A model generated the notes under the pieces. It was given only the letters and a program-made list of their open reading frames with translations, was not told where the DNA came from and made no database searches. Made by a program: the position numbers and the translations under genes. A stretch of 62,906 nt of DNA, counting the filler, from Folioceros fuciformis (lineage: Eukaryota): the NCBI GenBank assembly GCA_049999805.1. It is 4 parts of 4 records of this genome, joined end to end, with 100 filler letters (N's around TTAATTAATTAA, not from the genome) between each part and the next. Parts side by side here need not be neighbours in the genome. Positions count along the whole stretch, not along the records: positions 1 to 21,279 come from JBNGIO010006285.1; 3 more parts are not named here. The stretch is one strand, 5' to 3'. Each line of letters begins with the position of its first letter. Positions within the stretch are counted from its first letter, which is position 1. Positions 1 through 11,647 of this stretch are shown piece by piece.

Positions 1-1815
1 GGACAAGTGGGAGAAGGCAATGCAGACGCAGATGGATTCGCTCCATAAGAACCAAACTTGGGAGTTGGTTCGGTTGCCAAGGGGCAAGAAGACATTGCCA
101 TGCAAATGGGTGTATAAGATGAAGGACATACCCCATTATGGCAAACCCAAGTACAAGGCACGATTGGTTGCTAAGGGTTTTAAGCAACAACAAGATATTG
201 ACTTTGATGAGATTTTCTCACCAGTTGTTAAAATGACCACCTTGCGATGTGTTCTTGGTCTAGTTGCGAGGCATGGCATGGAACTTATCCAGATGGATGT
301 GAAGTCGGCATTTTTGCATGGTGATCTCCAGGAAGAGGTATACATGCAGCAACCAGAGGGTTTCATTGAGAAGGGCAAAATCGAGTCTGGTGTGCAGGTT
401 AAAGAAGAGCCTTTATGGTTTGAAGCAGGCACGCAGGGAGTGGTATTTCAAGTTCCACTCATTTATGCTTTTTTAAGGCTACAAGCGTAGCGATGAGCAT
501 CATTGCCTCTATGCGAAGCAAGCTAAGAATGGAAGCTTACTCATTCTGGTCCTCTATGTGGATGATATGCTGATTGCTGGGACGAACAGTGATAAGATTT
601 CAACGTTGAAGTCAAAGTTGAATGCTCGCTTTGACATGATAGACTTGGGAGAGGCAAGCCATATTCTTGGCATGCGTTTGCTTTACTTGTCTCAGACTGA
701 GTACATTAACAAGGTGCTTCAATGTTTCAATTTGGAGAAGGGGAAGGTATTGAGTACTCCGTTGCCTCCATATGTGAAACAGTTGAGCAAGGAATTCCCA
801 AGTTCTGCAGAGGACAAAGCTGAAATAGAGAAGGTTCCATATTCATCAATTGTAGGGAGTTTGATGTATGCAATGATTGCTGCACGTCCTGACATTGCCT
901 TTGTAGTGGGAGTGGTTAGCAGGTTTATGTTAAACCTTGGCAGGAAGCATTGGGAGGCAGTGAAAGGAGTTATGAGGTACTTGAATGGTACGAAAGCTTT
1001 GTGCTTATGTTTTGGTAGAGAAGATGCATCTGTCGTGGAATATACGGATGCTGATTATGCAGGGGATATGGACAAAAGGAGGTCCACATCAGGTTATGTC
1101 TTCATGTGCACTGGAGGGGCAGTCTCATGGCGATCTCGTTTGTAATCGTGCATAATGCTATCTACCACAGAGGCCGAGTATGTTGCAGCGACTGAGGCGT
1201 GCAAGGAAGCCATGTGGCTTGCTCATTTAGTGGGAGATTTGGGGATCAAGGTTGAGCTGCTAGTGTTGCATTGTGATAGCCAGAGTACTATCCAGTTGGC
1301 GAAGAATCCAGTGTTTCATGCAAAGACCAAACATGTGGAAGTGAAGTATCACTTCATTCGCGAGGTGTTGGAAGACAAGAGGGTATAGCTTGTCAAAGTT
1401 CACACCAGTCAAAACCCTGCAGATGTTCTTACCAAGGCGCTCTCTTTAGAGCAATTCGCACAAGCTTGGACACTCATGGGCATGAGGTAGACCGCTCTCC
1501 TATGAAGGTAAATTGACCTTTAAGGGGGAGGTTGTAGGGTTATTAAAGCCCAATGTGCTTAGACTATTGTGTTTAGCCTAAGATTAGTCTCTAGTTAAGT
1601 ACCATTAGTTTAGATTAGCTTAAGCTAATTTGTAGGAAGCTTCTTGTGCGCTTCTTGTGAAGCTTCCTAGGGATCTCTTCTAGAGGGTATAAATACCCCC
1701 TTCAGCTCCCTTGCTATTGAGATTCTACTGTGAAAGTGTAACCTCTCTTTCTCTTCTCCTCCTTGCCTCTCCTCCTCTCCTCCTTCACCATGTAGCTCCT
1801 TCTAGCGATCCTTCA
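1..1815 (+). mobile_element. Degenerate Ty1/copia 3' half (RT-RNaseH, PPT, 3' LTR)
   Basis: Copia RT/RH motifs KWVYK..KARLVAKGF, QMDVKSAFLHG, YVDDML, DADYAGD..RRSTSGY, SSTEAEY, HARTKH-like. Frameshift near 380 and stop at 1143-1145. PPT AAGGGGGAGG at 1522-1531, then an LTR-like tract TGTAGG(1533)...TTCA(~1815) with TATAAATA. Confidence 0.9.
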
Positions 1816-1849
1816 AATTTAAGGTTTTATATTTACCGGCAAAATATAT

Positions 1850-2000
1850 GATGGCACACGTGCTAACCAAAGCACTTGCCTTCGTTAAGTTCAGGCAACA
1901 CAGGGTTGATGGAACTTAGAAGCTTATCACAAGCAACTAATAAATTGCAACATTGTAAAGACTAGACGTGAAGTGGAAGTGGAAGTGTTAAATTCATAAC
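1850..2000 (+). mobile_element. Second copia RNaseH-end/PPT remnant
   Basis: Reads MAHVLTKALAFVKF (ADVLTKAL-like RH end). A purine tract GAAGTGGAAGTGGAAG is followed by TGTTA. Confidence 0.45.
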
Positions 2001-2802
2001 ACCTAGGCCCTGAAGGCCTTATGGCATTGTTCTTAATATCATAGATCGAACATTATTTGATTAAACGATTAGGCCACAGACGCAGCATTTCGTTCATTGA
2101 ACACAAACGTTCGATCTAAGCAAAACATTATCTCTCAAAATCCTTGCTTCAATCACACATGCAATAGGTGGACTAATGTAGACATGATTGAAAGACACCT
2201 AAGGGTAGCAAGAGCTCACAAGGAACCTACAATGGCGACAATTAAAGTGAATAAGCAGGTTTTTAGACTTTATGGTGGGTGACATGAGAGAGAATGTCTC
2301 ACGTAGGATAGAGAGCTCAAATGCATGTTTGAAGCAAGAAGGAGATCATGTAACTCACACAAAGCTGGTTTTGAAGCCATTTTGTGAGAAAGGAAAGAAA
2401 GATATTTGGTCTACGGGCATGCTAAGAAGCTAGCTTTGGCGTTTGATCCATTGAACACTCCGAGTGGAATACCTATGGTGGTAACAAAGCATGTGCTCAC
2501 TAATGATTGCCACAGTTCCACTAAGATTATATCTAGGCTAGAACAAAGACACATCGTTGTAAGGGATGACTACTATGGGCATCGATTTAGTGGAAGTTCG
2601 TGTAGTTGTAATGGTCAACCGTGAGATTAATGAAGAATCAAGCAATGCAATTTGGCTGGGCCACAGAGTTGCATGAGCTCAGCTAAGAAGGAATGGCAAC
2701 TGCATGCGATGAGGGATGGGAGCCTATGGGATATTATGAGAACTTGTGACAAGATGTTTCTTGTCGACTTAAGCACATTTTGCTGAATTTCCATGTAGCG
2801 CC

Positions 2803-4482
2803 TAAAGGGAACCCTAAAGCGTATTATCCTTTAATTTTAGGGTTTGGTAGACTCATAATCCGATATTAGAGTCATAAATACTCCTTATGTCATGTAAACA
2901 CTTTCTTTGGAAAATAACCATCACTTCTTCTTTTCATGCATCATCTCAGTGCCCCTCACGTCTGTGCCTTGTGTGATCTTGTGCTGCTTTATGGTATTAG
3001 AGCCATGTTTTTGGCGTTTTTTTAACCCCTGCATGTAGTGATGATACTTGGTTGATATCACAACCGAAGATATGTTGAAGTGCCAGGGAGGGTCTGATAC
3101 AAGTGTCAAGAAGAGGAGTTATAGGAAGGAGGATTGCTTCACTTGCAATCCTTCCTGAATTCAATTGTCACAGTTGCCATGAGGTAGAATCCAATCTCTC
3201 CTAGCGACAACCGGTAAACCCACACACCTTCATCGAGAATATTTGTTGTGCCGACATAAGACTTGTATCCACTCACAAGCGCTCAGATTCCGCAAGAGTG
3301 ATTGATCCCTTCCTTGTTAGATAGCAGTGGTTTGGATTCGACCTATTCACAAATCTTTAGGCTCCAAGAGTTGTTTGATGACCTCAAAGAAATCATCCAA
3401 GAGATGTGCATAACTTGTGAGCATCACAACGCATTTAAGGATAATAGATTGAAGAAGACATCGTTCAACGCTCTTGGCGAGCGCTACCGCTACTGACAGC
3501 AAGCATGTAGGGATGCCGTCGGAATTTGACAATGATGATGATCTTGATATTGATGATGCAGGTTGCAACTTTGGTAGAGCAACCTTTAATAGTGCTAGTG
3601 GTTCAACAACAGTAAGTAGGGCTATTAGCTAGGCAAGGAACTGGCAGCCCTATTTCGAATCTAGTTGTCAACCCTGCTTGCACCGCTTCTTGGTACCTTG
3701 AAGGTAGACTTTAGGGATAGTGACTCATTCAACAACATTTACTACTTTGTATGGGCCATGAGGCTTACACAGATTTTGGAAGGGAATGAAATTTATTCTC
3801 TTCCAAAATATTGATTCAATCAACATTTATGGGAGTTGTTGATAGGATTGAGTAGTTGCCTTTACCAACTCCACCATACCAACTTCGTAAGACTGAATCA
3901 TTGAGTTCCATTGCTTGATTCAAATTATGTTGCGCAAGACAAAATCATTCAGTTCCACTATCTGTTGCGTTGAATCACTATGTTCCACTATCTATTGCGT
4001 AAGACTGAATCACTAAGTTCCACTACTTGATTCAAACTCTGATGTGCTGCATAAGACTAAATCATTGAGTTCCATTGCTTGATTCAAATTCTACTGCATA
4101 AGATTGAATCACTAAGTTCCACTACNNNNNNNNNNATTCAAACTTTGATGTGCTGCATAAGACTAAATCATTGAGTTCCACTGTTTGATTCAAATTCTAC
4201 TGCATAAGATTGAATCACTAGGTTCCACTACTCGACGATTCAAACTCTACTGCGTAAGATTGAATTACTGTTCTGTTATGTGCTGTTTGAGGCATGATAA
4301 CTTGGGAATGCATGGTTCCTTAAAAACAGATTATTTTATCTAACAGGGAGTAAATGGAACCCTACAACGTATAATCCTTTAATTTTAGGGTTTGGTAGAC
4401 TCAAATAACTGTCACTTCTTCTTTTCATGCATCGTGTCCGTACCCCTCACGCCCGCGCTGTGCGCGATCCTGCGCCGCTTTA
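2803..4482 (+). mobile_element. Small non-autonomous LTR element (TRIM-like) with TA...TA termini
   Basis: Direct repeats at 2803-2991 and 4351-4482 (TAAA..GGAACCCTA...GCTTTA). PBS TGGTATTAGAGCC at 2992-3004, purine tract ACAGGGAG before 4351, TSD GCGCC/GCGCT. Confidence 0.8.
3885..4270. repeat. Minisatellite (~45-50 bp unit, e.g. AAGACTGAATCATTGAGTTCCATTGCTTGATTCAAATT) inside the small LTR element
   Basis: About 8-9 degenerate tandem copies are visible; there is a 10-N gap at 4126-4135. Confidence 0.85.
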
Positions 4483-5601
4483 GCGCTTAGCAACCGCTCC
4501 TCAAAGCTGTTTAGCTTCGCAGTACGAGGCGGACCATGCCGCAACGAGCCCGTAAGAACCACGACGCAAACCAAACCAAACGAGCTCCAAGTGTCGCTCA
4601 CAAAGAGAAAACCTGTGAAGCACTCAACTCTCCATCTTGTCCAAGACGCGTATCGATCCGCAGCACCCCGCGAATCCCACAGATCTACTTCTTATGCCCG
4701 GACAAAGTCCTTCAGCTTGTCCAGGGTCAGACTAGCATCCAGGAGGAGTGTGCAATTGTTTGCAGCATCGGAACATCGCTCGCAGAGAGCATTCAGGCCC
4801 TCAGCTTTCCCTGTCCTTCAATGCTCTCCAGCGTAGCCGCGACACCGTACAATCCAGCAACACTGTTCATTCTCCTCATGAATTCTAGAGGAGCATGAAC
4901 GCGTGGAGGGAGGCCTGGGGACGGAGGAGTCGAGAAGCACCACATTGTGGCCGTGCCCGCTCACAAGCGGAGTGCTGTCCACCACGTATCGAATGCGCGC
5001 GTGCACTGCCTCCGTGCCCTTTCCTGCCATGCCCCGGCCGCTGCGGTGGAGAATGGAGAAACAGAGGTCGACAACCGTTCTCGGTCCTGAAAGACAGTCG
5101 GTACCTTGAGCGCGACTCCCACGTACCACATTGTCCGACCAAATCGAATACTTATCACTCCCAGTGGGGCCTGGCATCCCACCTACCCTCGTCTGTTCGA
5201 TCCAGCCTCCAGAATATTCTACGCGCGGCACAGCTCATCGTCCTCTTATCTGATCCGTCATGATCTTCAGGAGACGGTGACACACGGTCCACAGCGCTGT
5301 GCCACTGAGGGATGAAGTAAAGTCCTAGCACCAATAAAATATTCTTATTCTTAAATTGATTTTCCTTTTTTATTCCATGGAAAACTTAAAAAGTCAATAT
5401 TCTATACTTTTGGCGCCCTATGCAAGTCAGCCCCCGGTCTTGTAATGAGACAGAAATGTTATACAATGGGGGAGTCGCAGGGAAGAAATTGTATAGAATT
5501 GGACGAGTCGTGTGGAAGAAATATTATAGAATTGGGTGGTGCAAGGAAGCAGGTGATATGTGCTGAAACACTTATATGGTAGGGAATGAAAGTGATAGAA
5601 G

Positions 5602-8184
5602 ATGGTGCTGGGCATCAGTTTCCTCCAGGCTTTACTTTTATCCTCCCTTGGTGTTTTGGTACTTGGATTGGGGCATGGAGTTGATGCTTTGAACAGGGAT
5701 GGCCAGGCCCTGCTGGAGTTCAAAAAGTCTATGACGGATTATAGTGATACAGAAAATTTGAACACTTGGAACGAATCTGACTCTGATCCCTGCGGATGGT
5801 GGGGAGTGACTTGTGCTCCAAATTCTTCCAATGTCTCCGAGATTAATCTTTTTCTAGTGGGTGGGGTACTTGTTCCAGCCTTGGGTTCTCTTGCCAGCCT
5901 CCACGTCCTCAACCTCGACAACAACCTGTTCATCGGACCAATTCCAGCAGAGCTTGGGAATCTGAGCAAGTTGATTGTTTTGGACCTTGCAAACAACGCC
6001 CTCTCAGGCGGAATCCCCATCAGCATCGGCACCATGACCAGTCTCAAGGTATTGTGGCTATCGTCCAACCGTCTCACAGGCCCCGTTCCTGATCTGCAGG
6101 CTTTGCAGGATTTGCGCGAGCTGGACCTTTCGAATAACCCGCTAACGGGCAACATTTCCAATTTCGTGAGTCTGAAGAAGCTCTACCACCTGGGTGTAGC
6201 ATTCCTCGGTGCTCTGGCTGGCAATGTTTCTGATTTTAACAGGCTAGCGAACCTCAAGCGCTTGGATGCTTCGGGCAACAATCTGGGTGGTGGAATTCCC
6301 AATTTCGATGGCGTAAGAAATCTTACCGTGTTGCGCTTGGCTTCCAACGCACTAATTGGACCGATTCCAGAAGCAATGTGGACAGAGGCACGAGAGGAGA
6401 TAGACTTGTCTCGTAATCAGCTAACTGGCACCATCCCACGCGCCTGGTTCCAGGATCACGCGGCCATGGGGATCGTGAATTTGAGTGGGAATTCCCTGCA
6501 AGGTGATATTCCTGGGGAAGCTTGGATAGCCCTGCCCAAACTGCTGAGTCTGGACTTGAGCAGCAACAAACTTGTGGGCCCCATACCACAATGGATAACA
6601 AGTGAAGGGGTGCCTAGTTTAGCTACCTTATGTTTACAGAACAACCAGCTCGTGGGAAACCTATCAGACCCGACGACACTGGATTTGAGTCTTACGACAG
6701 CGCTTACCGAGCTTCGACTTGGGAGCAACAGATTCACTGGAAATGTTGGTCCTCATAGCTTCAATCTCCGGATATTGGAGATCCTGGATTTGAGCAACAA
6801 CCAGTTGGTTGGACAGATATCTACAGCCTACAGCAACACATACATGCCCTCCTTGACATGGTTGGATCTTTCTGGCAACCAGCTGAGTGAGGGGGTTCCG
6901 TCCGACCTACTTCTGATGAAGAACCTGGTCTTCCTCAATTTATCAAACAATCATTTCTCTGGACCGCTTCCCCCCATGCCCCTGCACTTCCTGAATGCAG
7001 ACCTGTTCGCAGGCAACCCTGACCTCTGCGGACCTCCACTTCCACCCTGCCAACCACAAGGTGTGGAGACCTACATCAACGACTTTTCGTCAGCTCCAGC
7101 CCCCGCTCTAGGGATCAACATGATGACAAGCGCAAGAACCCGCCCCCCTTGGCATATTCTGGCAACAGTAGGTGGGGTGCTAGTACTTGGAGGTGCTTTA
7201 TGTGCAATGCCGCTTTGGGGCCTAGGCTGGCCATGGACTAAGAAACATGTCCAGGACGCAGATTTGATTGCAGCCATGCACGATAAGGAACGGACTTCTC
7301 TAATGTCGCTTAAGGACCTGCGCAAAGCCACAGCAAACTTCTCAGAGAGTTACAGGATAGGCGAGGGAGGCTGTGGGATGGTGTATGCAGGCAGACTAAG
7401 CGATGGCACAATAGTGGCAATAAAGAAGAGCAAGCGGGAAGCAAATGATAAGGACAAGCACCAGTTCCTGAATGAGGTGAGAATCCTGTCCAAGGTGAAT
7501 CACAGAAACCTGGTGAGGCTACTGGGCTGCTGCTTGGAGAAGAAGGTGGCTGTGCTGGTATTTGACTACGTGTCCAACGGCACCTTAAGAGAGCACTTGC
7601 AAGGAGCAAGAGGAGCTCGGTTGAGTTGGCAGCAACGGCTTCGAGTGGCACTGCAGACGGCAGAGGCCCTCTACTACCTGCATTCGTCTGCAGACCCTCC
7701 CATCTTCCACCGAGACGTGAAGTCCTCGAACATTCTTATGGACCAGGAATTGAATGCTAAAGTAGCAGATTTTGGGATCTCCAAGCTGGCCCCTCTTGAG
7801 GCTACCCACATCTCAACACAAGTTGTGCAAGGGACCATGGGGTACATCGACCCGCAGTACTACCAGAGCTTCCAGTTCACTGGCAAAAGCGACGTCTATA
7901 GCTTCGGGGTGGTGCTTCTTGAGTTGCTCTCTGGACAAGCACCAGTGGATTTTAGCAGGGGGGGTGCCAATGCAAGCCTAGCTGAGCTAGCGGTCCCCTT
8001 GATCAGGGAAGGACAGCTCAACCTCATTCTGGACCCAGCCATTGTACATGTTTATGATTCGGCAGAGGGGAAGGACTCTATAAACAGCGTAGGCAACCTG
8101 GCAATGCAGTGTGTGCGCTTTCATAAAGGGGACAGACCTTCCATGAAAGAAGTCGTGCAAGAGCTCCAAAAACTATTAGAGTAG
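5602..8184 (+). CDS. Intronless LRR receptor-like kinase (860 aa) with WAK/WAKL-type RD kinase domain
   Basis: Signal peptide, LRRNT cap (SDPCGWWGVTC), many LxxLxLxxNxLxGxIP repeats, GNPDLCG cap and a TM helix. Kinase motifs VAIKKSK, HRDVKSSNIL, DFG, GTMGYIDPQY, SDVYSFGVVL. One uninterrupted ORF. Confidence 0.95.
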   Translation: MVLGISFLQALLLSSLGVLVLGLGHGVDALNRDGQALLEFKKSMTDYSDTENLNTWNESDSDPCGWWGVTCAPNSSNVSEINLFLVGGVLVPALGSLASLHVLNLDNNLFIGPIPAELGNLSKLIVLDLANNALSGGIPISIGTMTSLKVLWLSSNRLTGPVPDLQALQDLRELDLSNNPLTGNISNFVSLKKLYHLGVAFLGALAGNVSDFNRLANLKRLDASGNNLGGGIPNFDGVRNLTVLRLASNALIGPIPEAMWTEAREEIDLSRNQLTGTIPRAWFQDHAAMGIVNLSGNSLQGDIPGEAWIALPKLLSLDLSSNKLVGPIPQWITSEGVPSLATLCLQNNQLVGNLSDPTTLDLSLTTALTELRLGSNRFTGNVGPHSFNLRILEILDLSNNQLVGQISTAYSNTYMPSLTWLDLSGNQLSEGVPSDLLLMKNLVFLNLSNNHFSGPLPPMPLHFLNADLFAGNPDLCGPPLPPCQPQGVETYINDFSSAPAPALGINMMTSARTRPPWHILATVGGVLVLGGALCAMPLWGLGWPWTKKHVQDADLIAAMHDKERTSLMSLKDLRKATANFSESYRIGEGGCGMVYAGRLSDGTIVAIKKSKREANDKDKHQFLNEVRILSKVNHRNLVRLLGCCLEKKVAVLVFDYVSNGTLREHLQGARGARLSWQQRLRVALQTAEALYYLHSSADPPIFHRDVKSSNILMDQELNAKVADFGISKLAPLEATHISTQVVQGTMGYIDPQYYQSFQFTGKSDVYSFGVVLLELLSGQAPVDFSRGGANASLAELAVPLIREGQLNLILDPAIVHVYDSAEGKDSINSVGNLAMQCVRFHKGDRPSMKEVVQELQKLLE

Positions 8185-8979
8185 ATTTGTCTATATAAAC
8201 TGTCGGCAGAGTGCCAAGTAGAGTCTACTAGTACGCATGCTGTTTGTGGCACCTACAACACGGCTAGGCACAAACAGTATGCGCACAGGCACAGGCCCTC
8301 TGGAATTCCATAAACGAGACTGGCCAGAAAGATTTGCATTGAATTTGCACCTTTCAGTGCTGCCTAGCACATAAAACAGAACGAAAACTTCGATATCGAG
8401 AATTGTCTCGTCAAACACCTGCACCCAATCTTCTCTTGTTTGCACTGAAGCCCTCCCAGGTTGGAACTCAGTGAATTGGGGCCACCCCGTATTACATGCG
8501 TGGTTCACGTACAGTATCTGGGCTTACTGCCGTAGGCTGTAAGTACTTTGAGTTCCCGACTACGGCAGTAAGCACGCTGAGTTCCCGACAGCGGTCCGGG
8601 AGGATGGCCACAGAACGGCAACCAGAGCTCCTGTGTGGACCCAGCGACGAACTGGAGTTTGTCCAGGGATTCCAGAAACTTCCTCGTCAACTCGTTGTAT
8701 CGCAGGAAGTGAACCCTTGGCAACCCTTTTTGTGGACCCTACCTACATTGTGATGGGACAATAGACGAGATAAGGAGAGCTCCAGGTCGCCTAAAGGCTC
8801 CAGCGAGGTGCTGTGGTTAGACAACAGGTTTAAGCCACCTCGGGTTGATGAGCAGGTCGTTTCCATGTATATGGAGATGGCTCATGGTGTTCCGGGTCTA
8901 GCTCTCGGGATAAGGCTGAGCATGGTTGGCGTGCCGGAGCAGGAATTGCCGTGTTGACGGCTGGAAGCGTCAGCACGTT

Positions 8980-10015
8980 ATGCCAGCAGGGAAGCTTTCA
9001 GAAGCGATTGGGGGGCTGAAATGTGTGGCGCAATCAAGTGCTGCCATTTGTCTCTGTTTTACCCTCTGCTGAAACAGTGCATAGGTAAGAAGGATTTAGT
9101 TGTGGGGCGACGAACTTGGGTACGATTTGAATGTATTCTTGGGGAACCATATCTTGCGAAGGTATGCATGTGGAGTAGTCTAGAGGAGTCTATGGGTATG
9201 TTCAGCATGGGGGAAAACCCAGACAACTGCCTTCATGTGGTGTACCATAATCTCCGCATGCGCTAAGCTTGGCAAGCCTAAGCAGGCCATACAACTGTAC
9301 CAGAAGATGGATGCATGCGCAAGTCAGGAGCGAAAGCGGATGCACATGTCTTTGTAGCTACTCGTCAAGGTTGTGCATGTGCCGCAGACTTGGGATCTGG
9401 CAGAGAAGTGCACCGCGATGAGTCGGACGGTGGGGTTCCTGCCAAAATGTTTGTTGGCACCTGCCTGGTGGACATGTACGCAAAATGTGGTGAACTGAAA
9501 GATGCACGACAGGTTTTTGACAGCATGGCCACAAAGAATGTGGTGACATGGAATGCGATCATTTCTGGGTATGCAGAAAGTGGTGAACTGAAGGAAGCAC
9601 GACAGGCTTTTGACAGCTTGAGTATAAAGAATGTGGAGACATGGAATGCCCTGATAGCCGGGTATTGGGAGCAAGGGCTCGGACATGATTGTCTTCTTGA
9701 AGGGCAGGCAGCTGTGCTCACAGATCGTGGAAAGAGGTCAGCCGAATAATGTACAGTTGCGCAACTGCTTGATAGACATGTATGCAAAATGTGGTGAACT
9801 GAAAGGTGCACACCAGGTTTTTGACAGTATGAACACACGAAATTGGTTTCATGGACTGCCATGATAGCCGGTTATACTGATCAAGGGCTCAGCCAAGAGG
9901 CGCTTGCACTGTAAGGACAAATGAAGCAGGAGGGCGTGATTTGGGCTACCAATGTGACTTTTGCTTACCTTCTGAAGGCCTGTGGAAGGGCTCGGACCTG
10001 AGGTCATGTCAAGGC
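8980..10015 (+). pseudogene. PLS-class PPR pseudogene
   Basis: Motifs LKQCIGKKDL, GREVH, FVGTCLVDMYAKCGELKDARQVFDSMATKNVVTWNAIISGY and SWTAMIAGY are split across frames by stops and frameshifts. Confidence 0.9.
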
Positions 10016-10724
10016 TTGAACCAGAGAGACATTGTTGTAAGAGATTGGGTACCGTGTGCAACCATTCGCAGCTGTTTTTTGGCAGTTGCAAAGGTCGACC
10101 GTGAGTGTAATGACGAAGTCGGGTCCGTTCACGTACCGAGTTGGGTTTTTGTCTTCTTGAGCACAAGAACGATACCACCTGTTTCGGACAGAAGGAGCTG
10201 AGCTACCAAGATTCCCAAGATTCCAAGAGGCCCTCCCAAGATTCTGGCGTCACGCAAAATTGGTGGTGACGGCAAGAAACAGGCGTGTTTGGGAGTATTC
10301 AGCACTCTTATATTCTGAATGTGAAACGATTAACTTGATGTATACCAAACTTCCATGCATAGAGACAATGATAGTGGGTTTTGTTGGTGGGCACATGTCG
10401 GGCATTTGGATACGATAAGGCGGATGATTGTTGAGGAACAAGTGCTTGCCTTATACTTAAAGATGCCTTATACTTAAAGAAGAATTCTACTTAAGTCCAC
10501 CTGAAGGAAGGGACACCTTTTGGTCGGGAGTGCTATGTTTTGAAGTCATGAGTGTGAGTGAGTGTTTATATCATTTGTACCATTACCAAGGTATTATCTT
10601 TTCCAGCATGTGTGGGTATTTATGGACAAATAGCATCAAGTCCTTGTAGTTGGTCCAGGACTAGAAATTATATATATATATTTGTGCTGTTGCTGCTGTG
10701 ATGTTGTGGCCAAATGATGTTACT

Positions 10725-10888
10725 AGTAACAATGTTGGTTTGAGTGCCAAGCAAGAAAGTTCAATAGTAACAATGTTGGTTTGAGTGCCAAGCAAGAAAG
10801 TTTAATAGTAACAATGTTGGTTTGAGTGCCAAGCAAGAAAGTTCAATAGTAATAATGTTGGTTTGAGTGCCAAGCAAGAAAGTTCAAT
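10725..10888 (+). repeat. 41-bp tandem repeat x4 formed from the 5' LTR terminus
   Basis: AGTAACAATGTTGGTTTGAGTGCCAAGCAAGAAAGTTCAAT starts at 10725, 10766, 10807 and 10848; the 3' LTR has a single copy. Confidence 0.95.
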
Positions 10889-11647
10889 GCAGAAGCATGT
10901 TTAGCAAAGCAAGTTACTAAGAGCATGAGTAGCATGTAGTATTCGAAAAGTGTGTGGTAGTGAATAATTGCTTAAAGCTTAAGTAAGTAGTTGCTAATTT
11001 AATGACTAGAGCTTGTGTATAAAAGGGGACCTAGCCAAGGGCTAAGGACATTACAATTGAGTTGAGTATCTCCTCAAAAGCCTTGAGAGCACAAGGTGCT
11101 AGGGCGACGCCTAGAGAGCATGTTTTGCTTGGGATGTGAGCACATGAGAGGTGTGCTGTGAAGGAGCAATCAAGAGAAGGGAGAACTAAGCTCCTAGCTT
11201 AGGCAAAGATGGGGAGTTCTCTCTAGCCCTCCAACTCTGTATGTTCTTGTTGACTCGTGGTTTGAATAAAGAGTAGCAGCAAGGGTCTGGCTGTGAGTCC
11301 TCCTAGAAGAGGAGGGCGGGCTACTTGGAGGCCTAGTGTTGTGTCTGGTACTTGGAGGCCTAGTGCTGTGTCTGGTACTTGGAGGCCTAGTGTTGTGTCT
11401 GGTGTTTAATTACTGACTCTTGCTTTTGCTTCTAACTGCGTGGCTCTGCCCACCCTGCTGAAGGGGGTTTTACTTGTTGGTATCAGACCATAGGTTGAAG
11501 CATCCTTGCCTAGTACGCTAGTTAACGATGGTAGATCCTGCTGAGCTAGGTAGAGCGGAGAGGGTACGCCGCAGGAAGGATAAGGCCCTGCTTACACGAA
11601 GCCGTTGTGGAAGAGCCACGGGCGGATGTTTAAAGGTTCAATCATAG

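Noticed and set aside
3885-4270. Repeat array resembling CRISPR
   Set aside because: Units are contiguous and degenerate with no unique spacers and no cas genes; it is a eukaryotic minisatellite.
5002-5022. Partial miR408-like match (TGCACTGCCTC)
   Set aside because: Only 11 nt match and there is no complementary hairpin arm.
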